64,000 bases of DNA from an uncultured delta proteobacterium (GCA_963712115.1 CAVQGX010000042.1:121299-185298); one strand, 5' to 3'; numbered from the stretch's first letter, positions 10,558 through 20,921 are shown. Notes: a model not told the origin generated them from the sequence alone. A program made the numbers and translations.

Positions 10558-11218
10558 CTACTTCAGCTTTGCGGTCTCTAACCTGTCTCCTGAGCCAGTC
10601 GAACCAGGGATCCAACCCTTCACCTGTGCGGCATGAAACCTCGAAGATCTCTAAATTCGTATTCAGCTGCAGGGCCCGCTCTCTCATTTTCCCCACATCA
10701 CAGTCTACATAAGGTAGCAGGTCAATCTTGTTGATGATTAAAACCCGGGATTGCTGAAACATGAGGGGGTATTTGAGGGGTTTATCGTCTCCCTCTGCAA
10801 CACTAAGGATCATGGCCTTCATGTCTTCGCCCAAGTTGAATTCCGCCGGACACACAAGATTCCCCACGTTTTCAACCATCAGTAGATCCAGTAGTTTCAG
10901 GTCCAAAGCGTCTAAACTGGATTTGATCATGTTGCCGTCCAGATGACAAGATCCGCCAGTGTTGAGCTGTACCACCTGGACTCCTTTCTGCCCTATTCGC
11001 TCAGCGTCATATGAAGACTGTATGTCTCCCTCGATTACGCCAATGCGAATCTCCTGGCGGAGTGCATCGATGGTTCTTTCAAGCAAAGAGGTCTTCCCCG
11101 CACCTGGGCCGCTCATCAAGTTGATGACAAAAAGACCTGCATCTCGAAAAACCCGTCGATTATCCTCGGCCAACCGTTCATTGGCTTCCAAAATATTGCG
11201 TACTACAGGTACCTTCAT
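10541..11218 (-). CDS. hypB: Hydrogenase nickel incorporation GTPase HypB
   Basis: GPGAGKT, CHLD, ENVGNLVCPA, EGDDKPLKYP, NKID; start at MKVPVV (the longer ORF runs through repeat DNA). Confidence 0.95.
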   Translation of the reverse strand: MKVPVVRNILEANERLAEDNRRVFRDAGLFVINLMSGPGAGKTSLLERTIDALRQEIRIGVIEGDIQSSYDAERIGQKGVQVVQLNTGGSCHLDGNMIKSSLDALDLKLLDLLMVENVGNLVCPAEFNLGEDMKAMILSVAEGDDKPLKYPLMFQQSRVLIINKIDLLPYVDCDVGKMRERALQLNTNLEIFEVSCRTGEGLDPWFDWLRRQVRDRKAEVDGTKT

Positions 11219-11279
11219 TTTCCTTGCTCGCTTGTCTCCAGCAATTCTGCGCAGAGTCCTTGGGCAGTGTCTCCACCAC

Positions 11280-11455
11280 GCTTTACTAGGCACTAGGCCC
11301 CAAGAACGAGAAGGCGGAATTCGGAACGCGGAGCGCGGAATGTTTCGACAAAGCAAATCCAAGTAAATCTTTTCTCTAGTTCTGTGATTCCGCGTTCCCC
11401 GCTCCCCGCTTCGAGTTGTAGTGCATAGTGCCTACTGTTTAGTGCTTAGTAGCAG
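11280..11455. repeat. Nested inverted repeat mosaic
   Basis: actaggcactagg ... gcggaattcggaacgcggagcgcggaat ... attccgcgttccccgctccccg ... tagtgcctactgtttagtgcttagt. Confidence 0.75.
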
Positions 11456-11797
11456 TCACTCTGCCTCGAAACTCTCGACGCTCAACTCCCGTCCACTCAA
11501 CATCTTTATCTTGGGGCTCTTGCATGCAGGACAAGTGAAGATCAACTCCTGTACAGTAAAATTTGAGCCACATTCCTGACAGTGGCAAGTCACCTGCACC
11601 CGCTCAATTTCCAGCCTCGCCCCTTCGGCCAGGGTCCCTTTGGTGAGAAAGTCAAAGCAAAACCGAAGTGACTCCGTCTCTACAGCGCTGAGTTCACCCA
11701 CTTTGACTGCCACGGACAGCACCCGGTTGACTTTGTGATTCTGACTCTCTTGGAGAATGATATCCAATACAGACTGAGCTATTGACATTTCGTGCAT
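11456..11797 (-). CDS. hypA: Hydrogenase nickel insertion protein HypA
   Basis: MHEMSIA, CQEC and CPAC, GREL. Confidence 0.96.
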   Translation of the reverse strand: MHEMSIAQSVLDIILQESQNHKVNRVLSVAVKVGELSAVETESLRFCFDFLTKGTLAEGARLEIERVQVTCHCQECGSNFTVQELIFTCPACKSPKIKMLSGRELSVESFEAE

Positions 11798-11881
11798 AAG
11801 TCACTGCAGCGAGTCTAGCCAGCTTCTCTGGACGTATCAGATTTACCTTAGCTCTAGTCGGAGCAAGACCTCTCTAGGTTT

Positions 11882-12013
11882 AGGGTGTCGGGTGTCAGGT
11901 TTCAGGTGTCAGGGAGGAGAAACACAAAAACTGAAACCTGAAACCTCAATCATTGATTAGTCCAGAATTATATTTTGTCACTCCAGTACTCCAATACTCC
12001 ACTGCTCCATTAA
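11882..12013. repeat. TCAGGTG/CTGAAAC hairpin plus TACTCCA array
   Basis: ggtgtcaggtttcaggtgtcagg ... ctgaaacctgaaacct; actccagtactccaatactcc. Confidence 0.8.
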
Positions 12014-12056
12014 TCCGGGAGAAGTGCTTCGCTTCTCTGTCTTTGCCTTGCTATCT

Positions 12057-12461
12057 TCACTTCTTCGGTCCTTTGCCACTGCCCACCTTCTCTACGATCT
12101 TCTCATAATACAGCTGTTTTTCCTCCCACTTTACTGAGCCTTTTCGCATTTCATTCAGCTTCATTATTAGGAAGTTCAGCTTTTGTAGATGACGATACTT
12201 TTCACCCTCATCTTTCATCGAACTCAGCAATTCCTCAGCCTTTCGGATTTCTTTTTTTAACTCCAAATCTGGAGGCAGGCAGGCAGCGTTCTTTAGTACT
12301 TTGTAGGCCAGACGAAGATCATCCGGGATATGTCGATCGTCTTCCAAATTGAGTGGCTTTCCGCGACCAGGAAGATTGTCGAATTCACCACGCTGGATGG
12401 CATCGCGGATTCTTTCTTCAGCTAACCGCTCCAAAGCTGCAAAAACACTAGGTCTCGACAT
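12057..12461 (-). CDS. DUF1992 (DnaJ-family associated) protein
   Basis: AEERIRDAIQRGEFDNLPGRGKPL ... KVLKNA..LPP. Confidence 0.85.
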   Translation of the reverse strand: MSRPSVFAALERLAEERIRDAIQRGEFDNLPGRGKPLNLEDDRHIPDDLRLAYKVLKNAACLPPDLELKKEIRKAEELLSSMKDEGEKYRHLQKLNFLIMKLNEMRKGSVKWEEKQLYYEKIVEKVGSGKGPKK

Positions 12462-12544
12462 TATGAAAACCTACTATTTCTATTTAATATGATCCAAAGT
12501 GGCTAAATTATATATCTTGACGGTGGCTCTGCCTACCCCAAGTC

Positions 12545-12680
12545 ACTATGCCCTTGCCTTTTCAAATCCGCAAGCCTCAATCCGAAATCGCCGCGTCCCC
12601 GTCTCGCCCGACTCGCCGTCTCTGCGCCTCCCCGCGTCTTCCCCCTGTGCCTAGTCCCTAGTGCTTAGTGCCTAGTATTC
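12545..12680. repeat. Intergenic repeat mosaic
   Basis: ctatgccc, aaatccgcaa, cgcgtccccgtctcgcc, gcctagtccctagtgcttagtgcctagt modules. Confidence 0.7.
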
Positions 12681-12681
12681 C

Positions 12682-14184
12682 TTAAGTTACGCCTTCATAG
12701 AGCTTTTTGCGCACAAATAAGTCTACCAAGTCACGATCCAGTTTCCCCGCTTCGGCCTCTTCGATCAGGTGTCCTAGAGCCTCCTCCACCGGCATTGCGC
12801 CGCGATAAGGACGGTCGGTGGCGGTGAGGGCATCATAGACATCTGCTATGCCTAGAATGCGTGCTTGGATCATGATGTCTGGAGCCGTCAGGCCAAGGGG
12901 GTAACCAGATCCGTCTAGTTTTTCGTGATGGGCTGCAGCAATCACTGGAATGCGCTCCAGATCTTTTGTAAAAGGAATCTTGTTGATGATATTCAATGTC
13001 TGGAGCACATGGCCCTGGACCTCCTGGAACTCCATGCCGGAGAGGTTACCCGTGGGTAGGCTCAGGTGATGGGCCTCTTCCTCACTAAGATAGGCTCTGA
13101 CCTCACCCCGGGCATTGCGGAAGATCTTTCCTTGGAGCTCGCGAACTCGCCGGATTTCCTCAGAGGTAAGGTTCTTGGCCCTGTTGATCCTTCTAATAAA
13201 CGCCAGATCCTCGTCAACTTCCCGAAGCCTGCGTTCAAGCTCCAAATGATCAGTTTCTTTGGAACCCTCCAACTCACTTTTCTGACGCTCAAAGTCTCTG
13301 GCCACAGCTAATTTGATTGCCTCGAAACGGGTTGAAATAAGTTCCATGTCCGAAGAAGAGAGCCGGTCTACCCTTTCCAAAAGCTCTTCCCGCACCCCTA
13401 TCTTGCCTATATCATGCAGCCAGGCAGCATAGTTGAGCTCTTCGAGCTCTTTATCGCTGAACATCATATTTGCCAAAACCCCCTCGGTCTCTTTATTTAC
13501 TGCTCGAGCCAAACGCATTGAGTAAGTAGCCACTCTCCGTGAGTGCCCGGCAGTGTGGGGGCTCCTGGCGTCAATTGCAGAGGCAGAGTACCGCACCAGG
13601 GCAGCAAAAATGTCGTGGACGGCATTGATCAAGCGAGCATTTTCTATGGCAGCGGCTGCCTGGGAAGCGAGTGAAGCCACTAGATCTTCTTGACTGCGAT
13701 CGAAGACAACCACATTACCATTTTCGTCCAAGGAGTTAATTAGCTGGAGCACTCCTATTATTTCGCCACCCTGATTACGTATGGGGACCACAAGCATAGA
13801 ACGGGTTCGATAGCGGTTACGCTCATCGAAGGCAGGGTTAAAACGGTATTCCTCGCGACCTGTGAGCTGGTAAACGTCTGGGATATTTAATGTCTTGCCG
13901 GTTATGGCCACGTAACCTGCGATGCTGGTTTTGTCTAATGGCATTGGGTAAGGTCTAAACGACTCATAAACTTCATTTTTGCGCGCTGCCAGGGTGTCGT
14001 TTTGCGCCACCTCGAACCTTAGCTGATTTCGATCCACACTGTATAGGCTCCCCGCATCAGCCCTGGTAAAGTTTCGAACCTCTCGAACTATGAGCTCCAA
14101 TAGAGTCGGCAGGTGGGTTTCACTGGTAAGGGCAATACCAATTTGGTTTAGCCTTTTAATCTGATCTTTGAGAATTCTAGTCAC
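12682..14184 (-). CDS. GAF + HD-GYP phosphodiesterase (cyclic dinucleotide signalling)
   Basis: N-terminal GAF; HTAGHSRRV, WLHDIGK, HHEKLDGSGYP, ADVYDALT, RPYR. Confidence 0.9.
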   Translation of the reverse strand: MTRILKDQIKRLNQIGIALTSETHLPTLLELIVREVRNFTRADAGSLYSVDRNQLRFEVAQNDTLAARKNEVYESFRPYPMPLDKTSIAGYVAITGKTLNIPDVYQLTGREEYRFNPAFDERNRYRTRSMLVVPIRNQGGEIIGVLQLINSLDENGNVVVFDRSQEDLVASLASQAAAAIENARLINAVHDIFAALVRYSASAIDARSPHTAGHSRRVATYSMRLARAVNKETEGVLANMMFSDKELEELNYAAWLHDIGKIGVREELLERVDRLSSSDMELISTRFEAIKLAVARDFERQKSELEGSKETDHLELERRLREVDEDLAFIRRINRAKNLTSEEIRRVRELQGKIFRNARGEVRAYLSEEEAHHLSLPTGNLSGMEFQEVQGHVLQTLNIINKIPFTKDLERIPVIAAAHHEKLDGSGYPLGLTAPDIMIQARILGIADVYDALTATDRPYRGAMPVEEALGHLIEEAEAGKLDRDLVDLFVRKKLYEGVT

Positions 14185-14192
14185 AGTGATCC

Positions 14193-16139
14193 TTACTCCG
14201 CTCCTGCTAGCCAGGAAAGTATAATGCGCCCAGTGTCACGCACATCATAGCCGCCAAGCGCCATCACCTGTTCTTTGAATTCCTGGCTGGCAATCACCTC
14301 AAGAAGCTCCTGCACCAGCGGCTTGTCATAATGTTCAGCTGGAATCACCAGATCGTACCTTTCAGTGGTTACAGGGATGAAATCGAGAGCCAAAGCCTGC
14401 GCTGCTGCGTGAATTCCCATACCCACATCGGCAGTGCCACTCAATATATCCACCGCTACCGCCATGTGAGTATATTCGTCCCGTTCGTAACCTCTTATTT
14501 TAGCAGAATCAATGCCAAGCTGTCCTAGTCGCCAATCTAAAAGGATACGGGTCCCAGATCCTGCTTGCCGATTGACAAAGCTTACTCCATCCCGGGTAAG
14601 ATCTTCCAAACCTTTAATGGATTTGGGGTTACCAGGTGCAACTATCAACCCCTGTTCCCGGTGAACAAGATTAATTAAATAAACCTCTACACCGGACAGG
14701 TAACGATTAATATAGGAAATGTTATATTCGCCGGTATCGGTATCCAGCAGATGGGAGCCGGCCAAATGAGCAGTGGATTTTCTCAGGGCCAGCAGACCAC
14801 CTAAACTTCCAACATTGCTGGAAGCCAGGTTAATTTGAGGGTCACATTTCTTTAATAGGTTGGCAATGAGATCTAGGGTCATGTCATGACTGCCCACTAC
14901 TACCAGGGTGCGCTCAATTCCTCTCCTGCTGGTCAGCAGGCTGACTGCATGTGATTCTGACTCGGTCACACCTTCCACCGTGTCCGGAATTCTCAAAAAA
15001 CCGGTAGCCTGGGTTAATGAGGTGATTGAACCCGCCCCCCTAGCTAGTGGTGTGGCTATGAGCCGCTCACCTACCCTGCCGATATTAACTCGGAGGAATT
15101 CTTCGACTCCAAGTTTGGAAGGGATCTTTTGAGCTGGGTAGGTTTCAACCATCTCGGGCTCTGGCTCGTCCAATCCCTGCATCCGGTAGAGAAGTGGCCG
15201 CACGAACTGTTCCATGCTAATAACAGCGGAAACCGGATAACCTGGGTTGCCGACCACGGGTTTCCCTTTTATGTCGCCCAGAACAGTGGGTTTACCCGGC
15301 ATGATTGCCACACCGTGTACCAGCACTTCTCCCAATTCAGCTATCAGGTTGGCGGTGTGATCCTCAGAGCCCGCAGAGGACCCGGCATTGATAATGATCA
15401 CATCGTATTTCCCTCCAACACCATCCAACAACTCCTGGCGCAGAAGGGCAGGATCGTCCGGGATGATTGGGTGTCGATCACATTTTCCACCCCATTGACG
15501 GACAAGGTTGGCCAGCACCCAGGAGTTGAATTCTACAATCTCACCCGCCGGCACATTCTCCTTGTCCTTTAGGGCTTCGGCCTCCACAAGCTCATTGCCA
15601 GTGGGGATAATCAGCACCTGTGGCCGCTTATAGACCGTTAACTCCAGGACTCCGGCTGCTAAGAGAGCTCCTATGTCGTATGCATTAATCTGGTGGTTCT
15701 GCGGCAAAAGCAGTTCTGTGGCCACGATATCTTCGCCCACCTTGCGGACATTCTGCCACGGATAGGTTGCAGCCTGGATCTCCACGGTCTCCTCATCAAT
15801 CTGGTGTATATTTTCCACCATAATGACGGCATCCGCATCGGCAGGCATGGGCTGGCCCGTATTGATCCACTTGGCATCAGTACCTATTCTGAGCTCCATT
15901 GGCCTTTCCGGCCTGGCACCGAAGGTATGCTCCGCTCTAACCGAAATTCCGTCCATGGCAGCAGAATGAAAAGTTGGAGAGGAAAATCGGGCAAAGATGG
16001 GAGCAGCTGTCACCCGACCGGCTGACTCCACCGTGGCTATCGTCTCAGCGGAGAGCATCTCAGCCAAATTCCAGTGGGCCAGGAAGATGTCTCTCGCCTC
16101 TTTCAGGCTCTTCATTTTCAGATATATCCGACGGGACAT
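14193..16139 (-). CDS. moeA: Molybdopterin biosynthesis MoeA fused to a periplasmic-binding-protein-like domain
   Basis: SAAMDG, PTGNEL, MPGKP, GNPGYP, then GSHD..GSLGGL..VNRQAGSGTR domain. Confidence 0.9.
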   Translation of the reverse strand: MSRRIYLKMKSLKEARDIFLAHWNLAEMLSAETIATVESAGRVTAAPIFARFSSPTFHSAAMDGISVRAEHTFGARPERPMELRIGTDAKWINTGQPMPADADAVIMVENIHQIDEETVEIQAATYPWQNVRKVGEDIVATELLLPQNHQINAYDIGALLAAGVLELTVYKRPQVLIIPTGNELVEAEALKDKENVPAGEIVEFNSWVLANLVRQWGGKCDRHPIIPDDPALLRQELLDGVGGKYDVIIINAGSSAGSEDHTANLIAELGEVLVHGVAIMPGKPTVLGDIKGKPVVGNPGYPVSAVISMEQFVRPLLYRMQGLDEPEPEMVETYPAQKIPSKLGVEEFLRVNIGRVGERLIATPLARGAGSITSLTQATGFLRIPDTVEGVTESESHAVSLLTSRRGIERTLVVVGSHDMTLDLIANLLKKCDPQINLASSNVGSLGGLLALRKSTAHLAGSHLLDTDTGEYNISYINRYLSGVEVYLINLVHREQGLIVAPGNPKSIKGLEDLTRDGVSFVNRQAGSGTRILLDWRLGQLGIDSAKIRGYERDEYTHMAVAVDILSGTADVGMGIHAAAQALALDFIPVTTERYDLVIPAEHYDKPLVQELLEVIASQEFKEQVMALGGYDVRDTGRIILSWLAGAE

Positions 16140-16142
16140 AAG

Positions 16143-16452
16143 AAATGCCTAAAGTGCCTAAAGTGCCTAAAGTTAAGGTAATAGGTTATCGGTCGTATTA
16201 AATCGTTCAAAGTCGTTGAAATCGTTGAAATCGTCGAAATCGCGAATACTCTGAAATCCGAAATTCCAGATCACAAGCCTAGCAAATCTCAGGGCTGTCA
16301 GGTTTTCCTCCGGAGGCGATCAGATGTCAGATGAAGATGACAGCAAAATCTGATCCTGAACACTGAAATCTGGATTCTGGCTCTGCTTCTGGCTTCATGA
16401 CTCCATGTTCTCCATATGCCTCTATGCTCTATGCCTTCTCAAATCCGCAATC
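16143..16452. repeat. Ordered intergenic repeat mosaic between the moeA genes
   Basis: aaatgcctaaagtgcctaaagtgcctaaa, then tcgttgaaa units, then ctatgctctatgcc, then aaatccgcaatc. Confidence 0.85.
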
Positions 16453-17688
16453 TCAAATCCTGATTACCTCAACTGTCTCTCCTGCATAAAGCCCTTCGGT
16501 GTGTCGATCTATACGCACTAGCCCATCGGCGCGCACTAAGGTGGAAATCAGGGCGGATTCTCCAAAAATCGGCTCAGCTATGAGTTCGCCATCTTCTTCT
16601 TCTTTTATCCTCACCCTGATAAAATCCTCCCTCCCTTGTTTGGAGGCCACGTTTCGATTTAATCGCGCTCGAACCGGCCTCCCATCCCCCAGGGACAACT
16701 TCACCCCCTTAAGGTAAGCCATAAAGGGACGGACCAATACCTGGAACACTACCATGGCCGAGGCCACATGCCCAGGAAGACCCCAAAAACCTTTTTCACC
16801 TGTTTTTACCAACAGAGTGGGCTTACCAGGGCTGATGGCAACCCCATGGACGAGAACCTCACTACCTTCAAATGAGGCCAGTACATCCAGGGTTAGATCG
16901 CGACTTCCAACCGAGGAACCGCCCGAGATAAGACAGATATCCGCACGATCGAGGGCCTCTTGACACTTTTCTCGAAGAGCTGGGAATTGATCGGGGGACA
17001 GGCCCAACTGAAGTGGCACTCCTCCGCAGCTTTCTACCATTGCCGCGAGACTGTGGGAATTGATGTCGCGCAGCTCGCCTGGCCGGGGCTCTTTTTCAAT
17101 GGGGACAATCTCATCGCCGGTGCTGATTATTGCCACTTTCGGCCGTCGCCTTACTATTATCTTGTTCAGACCCAAAGCTGCCAGAAGACCGATCTCCTGT
17201 GGACGGAGTCGCTTTCCTGCCTGTAGCACCTCCTGCCCGGCGCTAAAGTCATCGCCTGGACGGATAACATTCTCTAAAGGGGCAACGCTGCGGCTGATGG
17301 CAACACTCTTTTGATCAAGCTCTTCGGTGTATTCCACCATGACAACACTGTCTGCTCCTGCAGGAAGCATGCCTCCAGTGGGAATCCTTGCCACCTTGCC
17401 GCCACTCAGTTCAAAAGAGACCGTCTCTCCCATACCCACCTCCCCCACAATTTCCAAGAGGGACGGCAGGCTTTCTGAAGCTCCGAAGGTGTCTTGGGCC
17501 CGCACCGCGTAGCCGTCAACAATAGATTTAGTGAAGGAGGGTAAGTCTTCCTTGGCGACTATGGGCTCTGCCAGCACTCGGTTCAATGCCTGACCCAGGG
17601 GAATCTCTTCAGTGTGTAACGGGATAAATCGCTCGAATTCATCCCATACCTCCTCACGGGTCTTTACTTTGAAAAAACCGGTCTTCAC
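16453..17688 (-). CDS. moeA: Molybdopterin molybdotransferase MoeA
   Basis: SIVDGYAV, IPTGG, STGDEI, SGGSSVG, PGKP, GLPG; GTG start with AAGGA RBS. Confidence 0.93.
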   Translation of the reverse strand: MKTGFFKVKTREEVWDEFERFIPLHTEEIPLGQALNRVLAEPIVAKEDLPSFTKSIVDGYAVRAQDTFGASESLPSLLEIVGEVGMGETVSFELSGGKVARIPTGGMLPAGADSVVMVEYTEELDQKSVAISRSVAPLENVIRPGDDFSAGQEVLQAGKRLRPQEIGLLAALGLNKIIVRRRPKVAIISTGDEIVPIEKEPRPGELRDINSHSLAAMVESCGGVPLQLGLSPDQFPALREKCQEALDRADICLISGGSSVGSRDLTLDVLASFEGSEVLVHGVAISPGKPTLLVKTGEKGFWGLPGHVASAMVVFQVLVRPFMAYLKGVKLSLGDGRPVRARLNRNVASKQGREDFIRVRIKEEEDGELIAEPIFGESALISTLVRADGLVRIDRHTEGLYAGETVEVIRI

Positions 17689-17876
17689 AGTTTCCTTCTC
17701 ACCCTCACCCCGCCCGTCCGCCTCGCAAGCGAGAGTTTTGCCGGCAGACTAGCTCCCCTCCCTTAACCAGGAGGATTGGCTGGGGATTTCATTCACCTTC
17801 AGGAGCAATTAGTAGGAATGATAAGAGGAAATCTTATATCACGGTGGGAAAAGGCAAACAACAGTTTTTGGGGAAA

Positions 17877-17911
17877 TTAAAAGGGGGCAGGCTTACATAG
17901 ACCTGACCCCC
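17877..17911 (-). terminator. Rho-independent terminator of the Cys-rich microprotein gene
   Basis: Minus strand GGGGGTCAGG-loop-CCTGCCCCC followed by TTTT. Confidence 0.7.
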
Positions 17912-17919
17912 AAATTATC

Positions 17920-18066
17920 TCAGTCGGTACACTCGACACACAAGCCTTCTTCATTTAGGCAGCCGTCACAGTGCCTTCGACGGCAAAGCCTGCACTCTTG
18001 GATCAATACCACATCATCCTTTTCCGCAGGTTCGCCGCAAGCTACACAAGCAAATTCCTCTGCCAT
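17920..18066 (-). CDS. 48-aa Cys-rich microprotein (4 x CxxC), not in the ORF track
   Basis: MAEEFACVACGEPAEKDDVVLIQECRLCRRRHCDGCLNEEGLCVECTD*; AAGGGGG RBS, promoter and terminator present. Confidence 0.75.
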   Translation of the reverse strand: MAEEFACVACGEPAEKDDVVLIQECRLCRRRHCDGCLNEEGLCVECTD

Positions 18067-18104
18067 AATTACACCCCCTTTCGTACTCTTAGTCATTATT
18101 TTGA

Positions 18105-18133
18105 AAAATAGGCATTCCCTCCAGTGCTGTCAA
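18105..18133 (-). promoter_or_regulatory. Sigma70-type promoter for the microprotein
   Basis: TTGACA-17 nt-TATTTT on the minus strand. Confidence 0.55.
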
Positions 18134-18184
18134 TGTAAGACAACATAATAAAACCCGTCAAGGTTTCCACCCCTCCTTTGATTC

Positions 18185-18214
18185 TTGACAGTGGTTCGAG
18201 GACTTTGCTAGGTT
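18185..18214 (+). promoter_or_regulatory. Sigma70-type promoter for the thioredoxin reductase gene
   Basis: TTGACA-18 nt-TAGGTT with a TGn extended -10. Confidence 0.5.
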
Positions 18215-18302
18215 GATCACATAAAAAATTGTCTTATATTATAATTGTTTGTCCATGATAAAAACTGAAGCTCGCAGCAACTTCTTTCAGACAGGAAATG
18301 CC

Positions 18303-19946
18303 ATGAATATACCAAGAGATCCCCACGGCCAATCAGGTAGCCCCATACCCCCGGAGGTTCAACATCAGCTCAGGATGGTATTTGATCAATTGCCTAACAC
18401 GGTCCCTCTTTATCTTTTCACCCAGAAGGGAAATAATGACGTCTACAATCAAGCCGCCAAAGAGGTTGTTCGCTCTTTTGCCGAGCTCGGCAGCAAAGTT
18501 GAGCTGCATGAATTCAGTCTCGATCACGAACTCGCCAAAAAATACCAGGTAGAAACATCCCCTGCCGTCCTCTTCGACCCGGAGCACTATTCAATTCGCT
18601 TCCTCGGTGCTCCCATTGGCGAGGAGGGCAGGACACTTCTTGAAGCGGTGGTGCTTATCGGCCTCAGAAAAAGCAATCTCAGCGAACAGTCTCTTAAAAT
18701 AATAGAAAAGGTCAATTCTCCCCGGAAGGTTAAGGTTTTTTCCAGCCCCACCTGCCCTTACTGTCCCCAACAGGCAGTGAATGCTATCAAGGCGGCCATT
18801 GCCAAGCCGGAATTAATTTCTTTAGAAATCGTTGACATCCAGGCCAACCCCCATCTTGCCGAGCGTTATTCTGCTCACAGTGTTCCTCAAACCTTTGCCA
18901 ACGACATCCTCATTGCCCAGGGAGCTCAACCTGAGGAGCTCTTCATACTCTCTTTGGAAAAAATGGAGGAACAGACTGTATTCATCCCCGATGTTGATGC
19001 TGAACTGGTGGAGAATGACTTAGTTATCGTGGGAGGAGGCCCTGCCGGTCTCACCGCCGCTATCTACGCTGTTCGGAGCGGGCTAAACACGGCGGTAGTG
19101 GAACGGGATACACTTGGCGGTCAGGTAGCAACCACCCCCCTGGTAGAGAACTATCCCGGCTTTACCCAGGTAGGTGGAAAGGCCCTGGTGGACTTACTCG
19201 TGAGCCATGCACTGGAATATGTAACTATTTTCCAGGGAGAAGAGGTGATGGACATTCAGACCGAGGAAGGGCTCACTGTCATTACCAGCAGGAGACGGTT
19301 TAAGACCAAGGCCGTTCTCTTGGCCACCGGCGCCACCCACAAACACCTCGGGGTTCCGGGAGAGTCGAGGTTTTCCGGTCGAGGCGTCACTTACTGTAGC
19401 ACCTGTGATGGCCCTTTGTTCAAAGGAAAAAGGGTCATCATGGTGGGAGGCGGTAACAGTGCCGTTACCGAGGCTCTTTATCTACATAATATAGGTGCAC
19501 ATGTTACGGTAGTTCACAGACAAGACACCTTCCGGGCTCAGGAGCATTTGACCAAATATCTCTTCTCCGCCAATATACCCGTTCTCTGGAATACTGAGGT
19601 AAAGGAGATCAGGGGTGAGGACAAGGTCCGGGAGGTTATCCTCTATAACAGCGTCACCGAGGAAAGCAAAACTATGCCCATAGACGGGGTTTTTATTGCT
19701 ATCGGTTACATTCCTGCGGTGGAATTGGCTAAGAAGCTTGGAGTCGCACTAACAGAGGACGGCTTCATCAAGCGTGATGAACATCACCGGACAAATTTAC
19801 CCGGCGTCTATTCTGCCGGAGACGTGGAAGGTGGCTACAAGCAAATTGTTACTGCGGTAGGACAGGGTGCCGAGGCCGCTCTAAGCATTTACGAGGATCT
19901 GATGAATCCCTATTGGCTGGAAAAGCGCAGCGCCTCACCAGGTTAG
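18303..19946 (+). CDS. Thioredoxin-disulfide reductase with N-terminal thioredoxin-fold domains (AhpF-like)
   Basis: CPYC domain, GGGPAG, GGQ, YCSTCDG, GGGNSA, AGD; start uncertain (18249-18303). Confidence 0.88.
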   Translation: MNIPRDPHGQSGSPIPPEVQHQLRMVFDQLPNTVPLYLFTQKGNNDVYNQAAKEVVRSFAELGSKVELHEFSLDHELAKKYQVETSPAVLFDPEHYSIRFLGAPIGEEGRTLLEAVVLIGLRKSNLSEQSLKIIEKVNSPRKVKVFSSPTCPYCPQQAVNAIKAAIAKPELISLEIVDIQANPHLAERYSAHSVPQTFANDILIAQGAQPEELFILSLEKMEEQTVFIPDVDAELVENDLVIVGGGPAGLTAAIYAVRSGLNTAVVERDTLGGQVATTPLVENYPGFTQVGGKALVDLLVSHALEYVTIFQGEEVMDIQTEEGLTVITSRRRFKTKAVLLATGATHKHLGVPGESRFSGRGVTYCSTCDGPLFKGKRVIMVGGGNSAVTEALYLHNIGAHVTVVHRQDTFRAQEHLTKYLFSANIPVLWNTEVKEIRGEDKVREVILYNSVTEESKTMPIDGVFIAIGYIPAVELAKKLGVALTEDGFIKRDEHHRTNLPGVYSAGDVEGGYKQIVTAVGQGAEAALSIYEDLMNPYWLEKRSASPG

Positions 19947-19982
19947 CTTGCAAATATCAGAAGTTGTTGAAGAGGAGCGAAA

Positions 19983-20396
19983 TCAAGCAGCTTCATATTC
20001 ACCTTCTATGTGAAGAACGAACTCGCCTACTTTTTCCATAGGTACCAGCTTGAAGTTTCCTTCCCCTTGGGTTCCTGCTAACTTACCTGTGCCGCGGTAA
20101 GTCTTCCATGTGCCTTCGGTAACTTTTCTAAGCCCATCCCGATTACCCTTGAAGCGGCTGTATACTGCCCCATGCTTGAAAGAGGCCATGACATAGCCTT
20201 CCATGAGGCCCCAGCCTCTGACTCGGTCATGGATGGTTATACTGCGGCGAGAGACAAACTCACCAGCCACGCCCACCTGATACTCAATGGGCTCCCCCTC
20301 CATTTCTACTATCATCATGGTGTGGTCAGGCTCGTCATCAATTTCGAAGGCTTCTCTCCTGGTAACCCAAAGTTTATACTGCTCTTTCTTTTTCAT
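19983..20396 (-). CDS. Hypothetical beta-rich protein
   Basis: 137 aa, GGGGGG RBS, GTW..GTGKLAG motif. Confidence 0.7.
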   Translation of the reverse strand: MKKKEQYKLWVTRREAFEIDDEPDHTMMIVEMEGEPIEYQVGVAGEFVSRRSITIHDRVRGWGLMEGYVMASFKHGAVYSRFKGNRDGLRKVTEGTWKTYRGTGKLAGTQGEGNFKLVPMEKVGEFVLHIEGEYEAA

Positions 20397-20744
20397 GCTT
20401 ATCCCCCCTCTTGCCTCCGTATTTCAGTCCAGCGCTTTTTGACCCCCGGGAATGGAATAGGCCGAACATCCGTCAAGCGCCAGGCTCATGGCGACTGCCA
20501 AAGTTAAGGTCAAAGTAATGATGATATTCTTCATCTCAGATAACCTGGAGGAGGATTGGCTTCAGAACAAATCTTACTTTACTACAAATATCAAATCTGA
20601 GCGGACCTGGCTAGGAAAACCGACCGCAGATAGCCTGGGCGAGTCTCACCGGGCGGGAAGCCAAACCGCAGGGGCTCAAGGTCAAAGTTGGCCGCTTTCC
20701 TTTCAGGGCCCTAGGGCGGGCGAGGAATCTGGGGAGAGAAGGAG

Positions 20745-20921
20745 ATTGGATATTTGGGGAAGCATAGGGCATAGGGCATGGAGCATAGAGTAAGGAGCCA
20801 GGAGTCAGAATCCAGAATTCAGTAAGGACCACTTTCAATTTGATCAGTTTTGTGATTAGTGGTTTTCAGGCCCTATGCCCTATGCCGGGTGGTTTGAGCC
20901 ATTGACGCTATGCGCTTTGCA
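20745..20921. repeat. GCATAGG/CCTATGC hairpin mosaic
   Basis: gcatagggcatagggcatggagcatag ... ccctatgccctatgcc ... ctatgcgctttgc. Confidence 0.75.

Noticed and set aside
17690-17870. Moco/Wco riboswitch upstream of moeA
   Set aside because: Conserved motif elements not recognisable by eye
20424-20534. 36-aa lipoprotein-like ORF (MKNIIITLTL...LDGC) on the minus strand
   Set aside because: No clear RBS and very short; may be a remnant, not supportable
20590-20750. GC-rich stretch as SRP RNA, 6S RNA or c-di-GMP/cobalamin riboswitch
   Set aside because: Only fragmentary motif resemblance and no convincing fold; an Rfam cmscan would be needed
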